A DNA stretch of 64,000 nt from Waterburya sp. (lineage in GTDB: Bacteria; Cyanobacteriota; Cyanobacteriia; Cyanobacteriales; Xenococcaceae). Positions 39,052 to 47,755 of the stretch are shown here, piece after piece. Positions within the stretch are counted from its first letter, which is position 1; the number at the start of each line of letters is the position of its first letter. The translations under genes were made by a program, and so were the position numbers. Under the pieces are notes generated by a model. That model did no database searches, was not told where the DNA came from, and worked only from the letters and a program-made list of their open reading frames with translations. The stretch covers positions 2,752,001 to 2,816,000 of the forward strand of contig CBDCJV010000002.1 in the NCBI GenBank assembly GCA_965217895.1, in the 5' to 3' direction.

Positions 39052-39390
39052 TTAAATTGCCGTAATTCCTGTTTCTTTGGTTCTAATCCTGATAATTTGC
39101 TCGGCATTAGAAACAAAGATTTTACCATCTCCAATTTCTCCCGTACGACCAGCCAGAGATATTTGTTGCACCACCAGATCCTGCATTTCGTCTTCGACTA
39201 TGGTTTCAATTTTGACTTTGGTGGTAAAGTCAACTCGATATTCCGTACCTCTGTAACGAGTGGTTAAACCTTTTTTGTGTCCATATCCTTTAATCTCTGA
39301 GATAGTCATACCAATTACGCCTACAGAAATTAGGCTGGTTTTAACATCATCAAGTTTATGGGAATGAATAATTGCTTCAATTTTTTTCAA
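39052..39390 (-). CDS. Divergent P-II family signal transduction protein (GlnB-like paralog), 112 aa
   Basis: TTG start with GGAG RBS; RYRGTEY T-loop, TGEIGDGKIF B-loop, RIRT C-loop. Confidence 0.9.
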   Translation of the reverse strand: MKKIEAIIHSHKLDDVKTSLISVGVIGMTISEIKGYGHKKGLTTRYRGTEYRVDFTTKVKIETIVEDEMQDLVVQQISLAGRTGEIGDGKIFVSNAEQIIRIRTKETGITAI

Positions 39391-39448
39391 TTTTGACTCC
39401 TGTTGTTTAGGGAGAAATTCAAGCCTGCTGACAAAACAATGATAAATG

Positions 39449-40918
39449 TTAACTGCTAAATGATTTGACGCTTTGATAAATCTTTTCGTTAGCTTTAACT
39501 GATTTAAAAAAGTCAACGACTGGGTGGGGATAATCTACACCTAAGCGTACTCCATAACGTTTTTGTTCATCCTGGCTTAGTTTCCACGGTTCACGAACTT
39601 TATCACCAGCCAGAGATGTTAATTCTGGTAGCCAGTGCTTGATATATTCTCCTTGAGGATCGTAATCTTTGGTTTGTTTAGGAATATTAAAATAGCGGAA
39701 GCCTCGTGCATCGTTGCCAACTCCTGCGGTGTAGTTCCAGTTACCCCAGTTGCTGCACACATCGTAATCAACCAAAAGTGATTCAAACCATTCTGCGCCC
39801 ATCATCCAGTTAATACCCAGATTTTTCGTTAAGAAACTAGCTACATTTTGTCTGCCTCGGTTGGACATAAAGCCTGTGGCTGCTATTTCTCTCATGTTGG
39901 CATCAATTAAAGGATAACCAGTTTTTCCCTCACGCCAGAGGTCGAAGCGTTGCCAATCTTCCTTCCAGGGTATTTCTAGCCCCTGCATTCCTGTAATTTT
40001 AAACACTTGATTGCCGTGTTTTGCCACAATAAAGCGAAAGAAATCACGCCAAATTAGTTCAAATATTAGCCAGTAGGTAGAGTTATTTTTTACTCTTTCA
40101 GCTTCGTATTCAATTACCCGATCGTTAATATAGCGTGGAGAAATACAGCCCAAAGCCAACCAGGGAGAGAATTTAGACGAATAGTTAGCACCCAACATTC
40201 CGTTGCGGGTTTCTTTATATTCTCGCAGACAATCTGATTGCCAAAAGTAGTCCTGTAAGCGTTTAATGGCTTCAGTTTCTCCGCCTTTAAATTTTAGCAC
40301 TGCTCTTTGGTCAAATTTTGGAGTTTCTAAGCCTAATTCGGCTAAGGTAGGAATATCTCCTATTTCTATTTCGGGAATGGCTGGTAACTTCTTGGGTGCA
40401 GGAATAGCCCTATTTATTTCTGCATTTTTTTCAACCTGCTTGCGAAAATTTGTATACAACTCTGGTGTCTCGTTAATCTCAAAAGGCAAATCTTCTGGTG
40501 CATATAAAGTTGCATCCCAATAAGTATTAACTTTAATTTTTTGGGCTGATAGGGCTTTTCTCAGCTTTTTCTCAACCTGTTTTTCCTCGGATGTAGCCTC
40601 TTGGCTATAGTGAACCCGATCTACATTTAGCTGTTGGGCGATCGCAGGAATGATCTCTTCTGGTAAACCTCGACGTACAATTAAGTTGCTCCCTAACTTC
40701 TGCAAAGAAGAACATAGATCGGCAACGCTTTCGACTAGAAATTGAGCGCGGAAGCTACCCGTTTTAGGAAAGCCAAAGGAAGTTTCGCCAAAGTTGCGAT
40801 CGTCAAAACAATAAACAGGAACTATTTCTGCCTGTTGTTGAACTGCCTCATCAAGAGCTAATAAGTCATGTACTCTTAAATCGTGGCGATACCAGATTAA
40901 AATACGTTGTTTGGTCAT
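39449..40918 (-). CDS. Cryptochrome DASH
   Basis: WYRHDLRVHD, YKETRNGMLG.NYSSKFSPWLA, GFMSNRGRQNVAS, GVGNDAR. Confidence 0.95.
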   Translation of the reverse strand: MTKQRILIWYRHDLRVHDLLALDEAVQQQAEIVPVYCFDDRNFGETSFGFPKTGSFRAQFLVESVADLCSSLQKLGSNLIVRRGLPEEIIPAIAQQLNVDRVHYSQEATSEEKQVEKKLRKALSAQKIKVNTYWDATLYAPEDLPFEINETPELYTNFRKQVEKNAEINRAIPAPKKLPAIPEIEIGDIPTLAELGLETPKFDQRAVLKFKGGETEAIKRLQDYFWQSDCLREYKETRNGMLGANYSSKFSPWLALGCISPRYINDRVIEYEAERVKNNSTYWLIFELIWRDFFRFIVAKHGNQVFKITGMQGLEIPWKEDWQRFDLWREGKTGYPLIDANMREIAATGFMSNRGRQNVASFLTKNLGINWMMGAEWFESLLVDYDVCSNWGNWNYTAGVGNDARGFRYFNIPKQTKDYDPQGEYIKHWLPELTSLAGDKVREPWKLSQDEQKRYGVRLGVDYPHPVVDFFKSVKANEKIYQSVKSFSS

Positions 40919-41088
40919 GAAAATACAAGCTGGAATATTATGCTACTTCTAATAATTAAAGCAATAATTGTTTTTAAATGAAGAGCAATTAAAGGCGATC
41001 GCCTTGTTCTTTGTCTATTTGGACTTTTTGACCAACTTTTAAATGATAATAAAAAAAGCCAACTTCAATTTTACTACTAAAAATTATC

Positions 41089-41373
41089 ATGTCTGAATCT
41101 ATTACCCCCTCTATTAGCGAGCGCATCTGTAAACACATGAACGAAGATCACTCTGAAGCGATCGCTCTATATGCAAAAGCCTTTGGCAATCAGCCCCAAA
41201 CAGAAATTGCTACGCTAGAATCCATCGATCCTCAAGGAATGAATATCTCGGCTCAAATTGCAGGGGAAACCGTTCCCGTCAGAGTAGAATTTGACCATAC
41301 TCTCAAAAATGCTGAAGATGCTCATCATACATTGGTAGCCATGATTAAACAGGCGCGGACAGCTTCAAATTAA
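41089..41373 (+). CDS. DUF2470 domain protein
   Basis: RICKHMNEDH..IDPQGM. Confidence 0.88.
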   Translation: MSESITPSISERICKHMNEDHSEAIALYAKAFGNQPQTEIATLESIDPQGMNISAQIAGETVPVRVEFDHTLKNAEDAHHTLVAMIKQARTASN

Positions 41374-41377
41374 AGTA

Positions 41378-42427
41378 ATGAAATTAGCGGTTCAAACATT
41401 TACTGTTCACAAAAAATTTGCCTTGCAGATTAGTCGAGGGACAACGGCGCAAAGTAGCAATATTTGGTTGCGTATTCAACAAGACAATATTGAAGGATGG
41501 GGAGAAGCGTCGCCGTTCTCTATTGATAATCGGCCTCAGGATACTTCTGTCCTTGTGTCGCAATTAGAGCAGCTTATTCCATTACTAGAAACTTTTCATC
41601 CTCTACAAAGACAAGAAATCAGAGAAGAACTAGATAAATTAAAGGTTTTCTCTGGGATTCAAGCAGCCGTAGATATGGCTCTTTATGACTGGTTGGGCAA
41701 AAAAGCTGGTTTACCTCTGTGGCAAATTTGGGGTTTAAATTGCGATCGCATTGTACCTATATCTGTAACTATTGGCATCAGCACCCCAGAAGCAGCAGTT
41801 ACCAGGCTCAAAGACTGGCAAAGCACTTTAGAAGTTAAAATGATCAAGCTTAAGCTAGGAAATCCCCAAGGAATAGAGGCAGATAAGGCTATGCTGAGTG
41901 CAATTCGTCAAGCAGCACCCGAAACTAGGCTGATGGTTGATGCTAATGGTGGCTGGAGTTTTGATGATGCGGTTAAGATGTCTCACTGGTTGGCACAACA
42001 GGGAGTCGAATATATTGAACAACCTTTGCCTGTAGCAGACGATCATCTTTTAGCAGCTTTGTCAGCTAGCTCTTCCTTACCGATATTTGTCGATGAAAGT
42101 TGTTTTACCAGTGCAGACATTCTACGACTGGCAAATTCGGTGGCAGGAATTAATCTTAAAATTATGAAGACTGGAGGCTTAACGGGTGCGATGCAGGCAA
42201 TTCAAATTGCCAAAGCCTGCAATTTAAAGATTATGTTTGGCTGCTATTCAGATAGTAGCTTGGCTAATACAGCTATGGCGCAGCTTGCTCCTTGGGCAGA
42301 TTATTTAGACTTAGATAGTCATCTGAACTTAATAGATGACCCCTTCGCTGGAGCAACTATAGAATCGGGATGTTTGTTACCCAACGCTAAACCAGGATTA
42401 GGAGTAAGGTACAGTGCTGACAGCTAA
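41378..42427 (+). CDS. Dipeptide epimerase (enolase superfamily)
   Basis: GWGEA, KLKLG, DANGGW, EQP, DES, DLD. Confidence 0.92.
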   Translation: MKLAVQTFTVHKKFALQISRGTTAQSSNIWLRIQQDNIEGWGEASPFSIDNRPQDTSVLVSQLEQLIPLLETFHPLQRQEIREELDKLKVFSGIQAAVDMALYDWLGKKAGLPLWQIWGLNCDRIVPISVTIGISTPEAAVTRLKDWQSTLEVKMIKLKLGNPQGIEADKAMLSAIRQAAPETRLMVDANGGWSFDDAVKMSHWLAQQGVEYIEQPLPVADDHLLAALSASSSLPIFVDESCFTSADILRLANSVAGINLKIMKTGGLTGAMQAIQIAKACNLKIMFGCYSDSSLANTAMAQLAPWADYLDLDSHLNLIDDPFAGATIESGCLLPNAKPGLGVRYSADS

Positions 42428-43442
42428 AACCCGCGTAGCAATTTTATTAGAAGAGGGAATTAAAGGCGATCATGGTAAAACTGGACTAGCTTTTCTGCGC
42501 TATAGCAATACACAAATAGTTGCGGTAATCGATCGCGTCTGTGCAGGACAATCTTTAGCTGAGTTAACAAAAATTGCTCGAGATATTCCTATCGTCGCCG
42601 ATGTTCAAGCAGCATTGGCTTACAAACCCGATGCTTTACTAATAGGCATTGCCCCTTCAGGTGGTCAACTACCTGGGGAGCTTCAGCAAGAGGTAGAAGT
42701 TGCTATCAAAGAAGGTATATCAATTGTTAACGGTTTGCATACTCTACTTGCACCTCAGTTTCCTGATCTAAAGCCAGGACAATGGATTTGGGATATTCGC
42801 CAAGAGCCTGATGGGTTGAATATTGGCAGAGGTGAAGCAAAATCCCTTGCTGCACAGAGAATCTTAACTGTCGGTACAGATATGGCGATTGGCAAGATGT
42901 CTACTAGCTTGGAAATATATCGCGCAGCTTTGAGGCAGGGAATTAAAGCCCAGTTTGTTGCTACAGGACAAGCAGGAATTGCGATCGCCAGTCAGGGAAT
43001 TGCTCTAGATGCGGTGCGGGTAGACTTTGCTGCGGGGGCAGTTGAAAAAACCGTACTAGAATTAGGCAAAGATCGAGATTTAGTAATTATTGAAGGTCAA
43101 GGTTCGCTTCTACATCCAGGCTCAACAGCAACTTTACCCCTAATTCGTGGTAGCCAGCCTACGGGCTTAATTTTAGTCCATCGTGCGGGAGCAAAACATA
43201 TCCGCGATTTACCTGATATTCTGATTCCTCCTTTACCAGAGGTAATTAAACTCTACGAAACTGTAGCCAGTGCAGGAGGGACGTTTGGGGATGTGAGAGT
43301 AAAAGCGATCGCTCTTAACACTTTTGACATGGATACGACTGCAGCCCAAGAAGCAATCAAATTTACTTCAAAATTAACAGGATTACCCTGTAGTGATGTT
43401 GTTCGTTTTGGCGGAGAAACTCTGTTGTCAGTAATCATTTAG
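42414..43442 (+). CDS. DUF1611 protein (DgcN-like)
   Basis: GKT, NGLH, VGTDMAIGKMST, ATGQ, EGQGSLLHP. Confidence 0.9.
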   Translation: MLTAKTRVAILLEEGIKGDHGKTGLAFLRYSNTQIVAVIDRVCAGQSLAELTKIARDIPIVADVQAALAYKPDALLIGIAPSGGQLPGELQQEVEVAIKEGISIVNGLHTLLAPQFPDLKPGQWIWDIRQEPDGLNIGRGEAKSLAAQRILTVGTDMAIGKMSTSLEIYRAALRQGIKAQFVATGQAGIAIASQGIALDAVRVDFAAGAVEKTVLELGKDRDLVIIEGQGSLLHPGSTATLPLIRGSQPTGLILVHRAGAKHIRDLPDILIPPLPEVIKLYETVASAGGTFGDVRVKAIALNTFDMDTTAAQEAIKFTSKLTGLPCSDVVRFGGETLLSVII

Positions 43443-43467
43443 GAGTGATTTGCAAATCGCCCCTGCA
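43440..43467. repeat. Degenerate REP-like palindrome
   Basis: TAGGAGTGATTTGCAAATCGCCCCTGCA. Confidence 0.5.
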
Positions 43468-43527
43468 TCAGTAATCAGTAATCAAATTGTTTTTTCTGAA
43501 CTGTTTGTGTTATTGTTACTAAAGCGA

Positions 43528-43601
<74 letters not shown>

Positions 43602-43647
43602 TTTCTCTATAGCTCAATCTACAAGCGTCTTTTTATGACGTAAAATC

Positions 43648-43860
43648 TTAATTTCCTAAGATTAATTTTCTGAGACGCTCAACTAAAGAAATTACTTCCT
43701 GAATAATCTGCTCAGAACTAATATTAAAAACAATTTGTAATAAAATAACAATAACGGCGATTGCCAAAAAAGTCGTAATACTGGCTTTAAAAACTTTAAT
43801 TGACCAGGTAAGCAACAGCCACAAAATTAAAACCGCAGCGATGGGAATGATTATTTCCAT
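43648..43860 (-). CDS. Small membrane protein
   Basis: 70 aa, two TMs. Confidence 0.7.
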   Translation of the reverse strand: MEIIIPIAAVLILWLLLTWSIKVFKASITTFLAIAVIVILLQIVFNISSEQIIQEVISLVERLRKLILGN

Positions 43861-43874
43861 AATTCTTAGCTTGT

Positions 43875-43901
43875 GTACGGGCGAACGGCTGTTCGCCCCT
43901 A
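43875..43901 (-). repeat. REP-like palindrome, copy of 3151-3178
   Basis: Reverse complement TAGGGGCGAACAGCCGTTCGCCCGTAC, one mismatch to the first copy. Confidence 0.75.
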
Positions 43902-43905
43902 ATAC

Positions 43906-44109
43906 TTATATTCCAAAAAAAAGAGAGAGATAATTATTTCTCTCCCTTTCTCTTCCTGTGTCCTTATTTGCTGCATTGCCTTTAAGTTTTTGGCGTAGCA
44001 TCTGTTCTCTTTTACGCAGTTGCCTTGCTCTGGCAGAGCCACCCTTTCCTTTGTCATTGCGTCCTCGCTGGCGAGGAGACTCCCAGCTTTTTAGTCTTTC
44101 AGCCATCAT
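43906..44109 (-). CDS. Small basic hypothetical protein
   Basis: WESPR..GRNDKGKGGSAR.RQ; co-oriented with larE-like gene. Confidence 0.6.
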   Translation of the reverse strand: MMAERLKSWESPRQRGRNDKGKGGSARARQLRKREQMLRQKLKGNAANKDTGRERERNNYLSLFFGI

Positions 44110-44137
44110 TGTTATATTTTGACCTATACATACATAT

Positions 44138-44950
44138 TTATTGTAGCTTGCCGATCGCTGAATTTAATTTTCCACTACGATAACCTTCTAAATCGAGAGT
44201 GACGTAAACAAATCCCAAATCTTGAAAAGCCTTAACTAGTTGAGGCAAATTAACCTGTTGAACAAACTGAGCAATTTCTGCTGCGGGTAATTCAATTTTG
44301 GCGGTGTCTGATTGCGATCGCACTCGCAAATTTTGATAGCCCAACTGGCGGAGATAAATTTCGGCTCTTCCCACCCGTTGCAGCTTAGTAACGGTAATAG
44401 CCTCGCCATAGGGAAAACGAGAGCTAAGACAGGGTTGAGCGGGTTTGTCCCACCAAGCTAACCCCAGACTACGAGAAATTTCTCTCACTTCGGGTTTGCT
44501 AACGCCAATTTCTGCCAAAGGCGATCGCGCTCCTCTTTCTGTTGCTGCTTGAATTCCTGGGCGATAGTCTTGCAAATCGTCGGCATTAACTCCATCCACA
44601 ACATAAGGATAGCCTCGCTTAAGAGCCAGAGGTTTTAAAGTGTCGTGAAGTTCACTTTTACAAAAATAACAGCGGTTAATGGGGTTAGAAGTATAGTCGG
44701 GATTATCCATTTCATGAGTTTCGACTAGCTCGTGTTTGATGCCAATCTGCGCTGCTTGAGTTTGAGCATCGATCAATTCTTCAGGAAGTAAAGAAGGAGA
44801 TACGGCAGTTACAGCCAAAGCGCGATCGCCTAAAACATCATAAGCAAGTTTAGCTACCAGAGTACTGTCAACTCCACCAGAATAGGCTATCAAAGCCTTT
44901 TCCATTCCCTGAAATAAACTTTTCAACTGTTTTAATTTCTGCTCACTCAT
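44138..44950 (-). CDS. larE: ATP-dependent sacrificial sulfur transferase LarE-like (TIGR00268)
   Basis: AYSGGVDS PP-loop, RCYFCK, DYRPG, PCLSSRFPYG, GYRSG. Confidence 0.9.
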   Translation of the reverse strand: MSEQKLKQLKSLFQGMEKALIAYSGGVDSTLVAKLAYDVLGDRALAVTAVSPSLLPEELIDAQTQAAQIGIKHELVETHEMDNPDYTSNPINRCYFCKSELHDTLKPLALKRGYPYVVDGVNADDLQDYRPGIQAATERGARSPLAEIGVSKPEVREISRSLGLAWWDKPAQPCLSSRFPYGEAITVTKLQRVGRAEIYLRQLGYQNLRVRSQSDTAKIELPAAEIAQFVQQVNLPQLVKAFQDLGFVYVTLDLEGYRSGKLNSAIGKLQ

Positions 44951-45051
44951 TAACTCAACCAACTATCTATTGCTTACTACTTTTATGGTAGCTAATCTCG
45001 ATCGCAGAAGTTACATAAGCAAAAAAAATTTCTGTATTCATTGTTCATTGT

Positions 45052-45191
45052 TATAGCAATACGTATTAATGTTAGGGCATTTTAAACTTGTTACTTGTTA
45101 CTTGTTACTTGTTACTTGTTACTTGCTACTTGCTACTTGCTACTTTCGAGCAGATATCTTATGTGTCCTGATTTAACTTTGTACGGCTATA
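45052..45191. mobile_element. MITE family C copy 2 with 8 heptamers (ACTTGTT)5(ACTTGCT)3
   Basis: TATAGC..GCTATA ends; tandem array 45086-45141; right end contains the kinase stop codon. Confidence 0.75.
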
Positions 45192-46398
45192 ACTGATACT
45201 GAGGTATGCAAAGCGTAAAACAACTACCCTCATCCAAGCTAGAAGTTACTTTAATCTTCCCTTGGTGAAGCTGAGCTATTTTTTTTGAGAGTGTTAAGCC
45301 TAAGCCAGTGCTTTCATGGTGATTAGTAATTTGCGGAAAAGGTTGAAATAGTTTGGTCTGGTTTTGAGGCGAAATACCTATTCCCGTATCAATTACTGAA
45401 AAATACAGCCAGTCTGCTTTCAGCTTAACTTCTAGAGTTACCGAACCGCGATCGGTAAATTTGATGGCATTATTAAGCAAGTTGACCAAAATTTGCTTGA
45501 GACGAACAGAATCGGCGGTACAAAAGTCAATATTATCTTCTAAATTAAAAATTAAATCTAATCCTTTTTGTTTGGCTTTTTCTGTAACTATGAATAAAGA
45601 TGCCTGACAAATTTCTGCTACAACAAGCCTCTCTATGTCTAATATCTGCTTGTTGGCATCAATTTTAACTAGATCGAGATAATTGTTGACCAGATCTAGC
45701 ATATATCCGCCTACACTAAGTAAGGCACTAACATACTGCATCTGCTTACAGTTGAGAGTGCCATAATATTGTTCTTTGAGCATTCCCGCAAAACCCAATA
45801 TAGATGAAATAGGATTACGCAACTCATGATTTAGATGGGCAATATGCTCTTGCTTTAGCTGTTCTCGATCCAGCCAGCTTTGTCTCTCTATTTCTAGCTG
45901 CTGGATCTTCCTTTGCTGCTGTTTAATTAGATTTTGTTGTTGATTAACAATATTTTGTTGCTTGGCAAAATTAGATACAGTTTTTGCTAGGATATCAGGT
46001 AATTGATACAGCTTTTGTTTTAGTACATAACCACTAACACCAGCCTGAATTAATTCTACTGCTCGTTCCTCACCTAAATAATTAGTGATCAAAATCAAAG
46101 GTGCATCTGGATATAAATGACACCACCACTGAAGATTCTCGACTAAAGTATCAGCAACATCCTCATTTGTAGCCTGGGCATAATTATAGATAACGGCACT
46201 ATATTGCCCACGAGGTAGATTAGTATCCCATTCATTTATAGTGATAATATCATAGGTAAAATCAATTTCGGCTGCATATAGAGAAGCTGTAATATCGTGA
46301 AAATCAGCAGGGTTAGCAGTAGCAATAAGAAGATTCACGTTGCTGAGTGCCGTTATTTTTGTTTGTAGCTGTAAAATAGACCCAGAACTATCGGACAT
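45187..46398 (-). CDS. Histidine kinase with degenerate N-terminal receiver domain
   Basis: HELRNP H-box, NLLNNAIKF, DTGIG, GLGL; receiver-like N-terminus (AGVSGYVLK). Confidence 0.9.
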   Translation of the reverse strand: MSDSSGSILQLQTKITALSNVNLLIATANPADFHDITASLYAAEIDFTYDIITINEWDTNLPRGQYSAVIYNYAQATNEDVADTLVENLQWWCHLYPDAPLILITNYLGEERAVELIQAGVSGYVLKQKLYQLPDILAKTVSNFAKQQNIVNQQQNLIKQQQRKIQQLEIERQSWLDREQLKQEHIAHLNHELRNPISSILGFAGMLKEQYYGTLNCKQMQYVSALLSVGGYMLDLVNNYLDLVKIDANKQILDIERLVVAEICQASLFIVTEKAKQKGLDLIFNLEDNIDFCTADSVRLKQILVNLLNNAIKFTDRGSVTLEVKLKADWLYFSVIDTGIGISPQNQTKLFQPFPQITNHHESTGLGLTLSKKIAQLHQGKIKVTSSLDEGSCFTLCIPQYQL

Positions 46399-46696
46399 AT
46401 TAATTAATGCTTGGTAAGGTCTTAATGTATGTTAGGCGGTTTTGCTCTTATAATACCGACAAACTTCTAATCTCGATCATAATTTTAGATAAACTTTTGC
46501 TCAGTATTTCTCGATAGAATTCTAGGTATTATTGTTGCATCAAATTGTATAGTAGCTAAAACCTTTCTTATCTTTCAGCCGCAGAAGCAAAAGCGGTTGT
46601 GTTAGTTACTCAATTCAAGAGTGGCGATAAATTTGCATAATTAAAGCATCAAGGATAATTTGCCCAGGAACAAAAATTGGATTAAAACGAAAATCA

Positions 46697-47470
46697 TTAA
46701 AATTCTTTTTGAGCAAAAATCATCATCGAAATAGTCAATAGTAAGGTGGTATAAAGCAAACCATATAAAGCATTACTTAAAAGCTCGGTAGGACTGGGGA
46801 GTAAACCATAAACTGCTTCATTTTTTAAATCTAGCCGCGAAAGATTAGGTAACACTAGATACAGACTGGTAGTTAAACTTTCGATACTGGCATTTTTGCT
46901 AAGTTTACCTAGCTCTACTAAGTCTTCGCTAAAGTGTCCCATTAAATAGACACCAAAGCTGAGCAGGGTAGCCAAAATTGAACTAGTAAATACGCCAAAC
47001 AGGATGGCTACAGCTACAATTAAAGCTAATTCTAAAAGCAGATAAGCCCCTGCCGTAAGCAATGCACCTGTAGGGTAGTTAATATCTGAAAAACTGAGCA
47101 TGGCTAAATAAATACCCATCATAATTGTAATCATCACAGCGAGTACCGCGCTCAGCCCTAAATGCTTACCTAATATAAGTTCTGCACGACTAATTGGCTT
47201 AGGAATTAACATTAACAAAGTACGCTTTTCTATTTCTTTGTTGATTAAAGCCGTACCGACAAAAATTGCCACAATCGCGCTTAAAATGGCGATCGCACCA
47301 ATACCAAAGTCTAAAAGAATTTTCTCATGAGTCCCCGCAGCAATCTCTGGAATTATTCGTTGAGCCAGGAGTAAGAGTAAAGTAAAGAAACCAATAAAAT
47401 AGAGAATGCGATCGCGCATGACTTCTTGAAAACCATTGTTGGCGATAGTAAAAACTCTGACTACGTTCAT
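46697..47470 (-). CDS. ABC-2 type transporter permease
   Basis: KEIEKRTL..KPISR..GK; six TMs. Confidence 0.9.
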   Translation of the reverse strand: MNVVRVFTIANNGFQEVMRDRILYFIGFFTLLLLLAQRIIPEIAAGTHEKILLDFGIGAIAILSAIVAIFVGTALINKEIEKRTLLMLIPKPISRAELILGKHLGLSAVLAVMITIMMGIYLAMLSFSDINYPTGALLTAGAYLLLELALIVAVAILFGVFTSSILATLLSFGVYLMGHFSEDLVELGKLSKNASIESLTTSLYLVLPNLSRLDLKNEAVYGLLPSPTELLSNALYGLLYTTLLLTISMMIFAQKEF

Positions 47471-47755
47471 CGACTTTAAAAAGATATTTCAGGGTTTACA
47501 CTGCTATTATTCCCAAATCGATCTCGAAAATTAACGTCACTTATTAAATTTGTCAGTGATCTCTTTGACTGAAAGAGAAATCAAGACGGAGAATACTTAA
47601 AAATTTAGACAAAAGCCAAACTTGTAAGAGTTTTTATTTAAGCCTCAAGATAGATTTAATCTAGCTGATACTCAATCAAATTAAGGAGTATGAAAGATGA
47701 ATATTTAACGCTTCACCTTTTTGAGTTACTTGTTAACGACCAATGAGCAATAAAA

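Noticed and set aside
39391..39516. 42-aa N-terminal extension of PII in the ORF track
   Set aside because: Overlaps the CRY-DASH end; TTG at 39390 with an RBS gives the canonical 112 aa.
45086..45141. Tandem repeats as a CRISPR array
   Set aside because: 7-bp units with no spacers and no cas genes; this is an STRR array.
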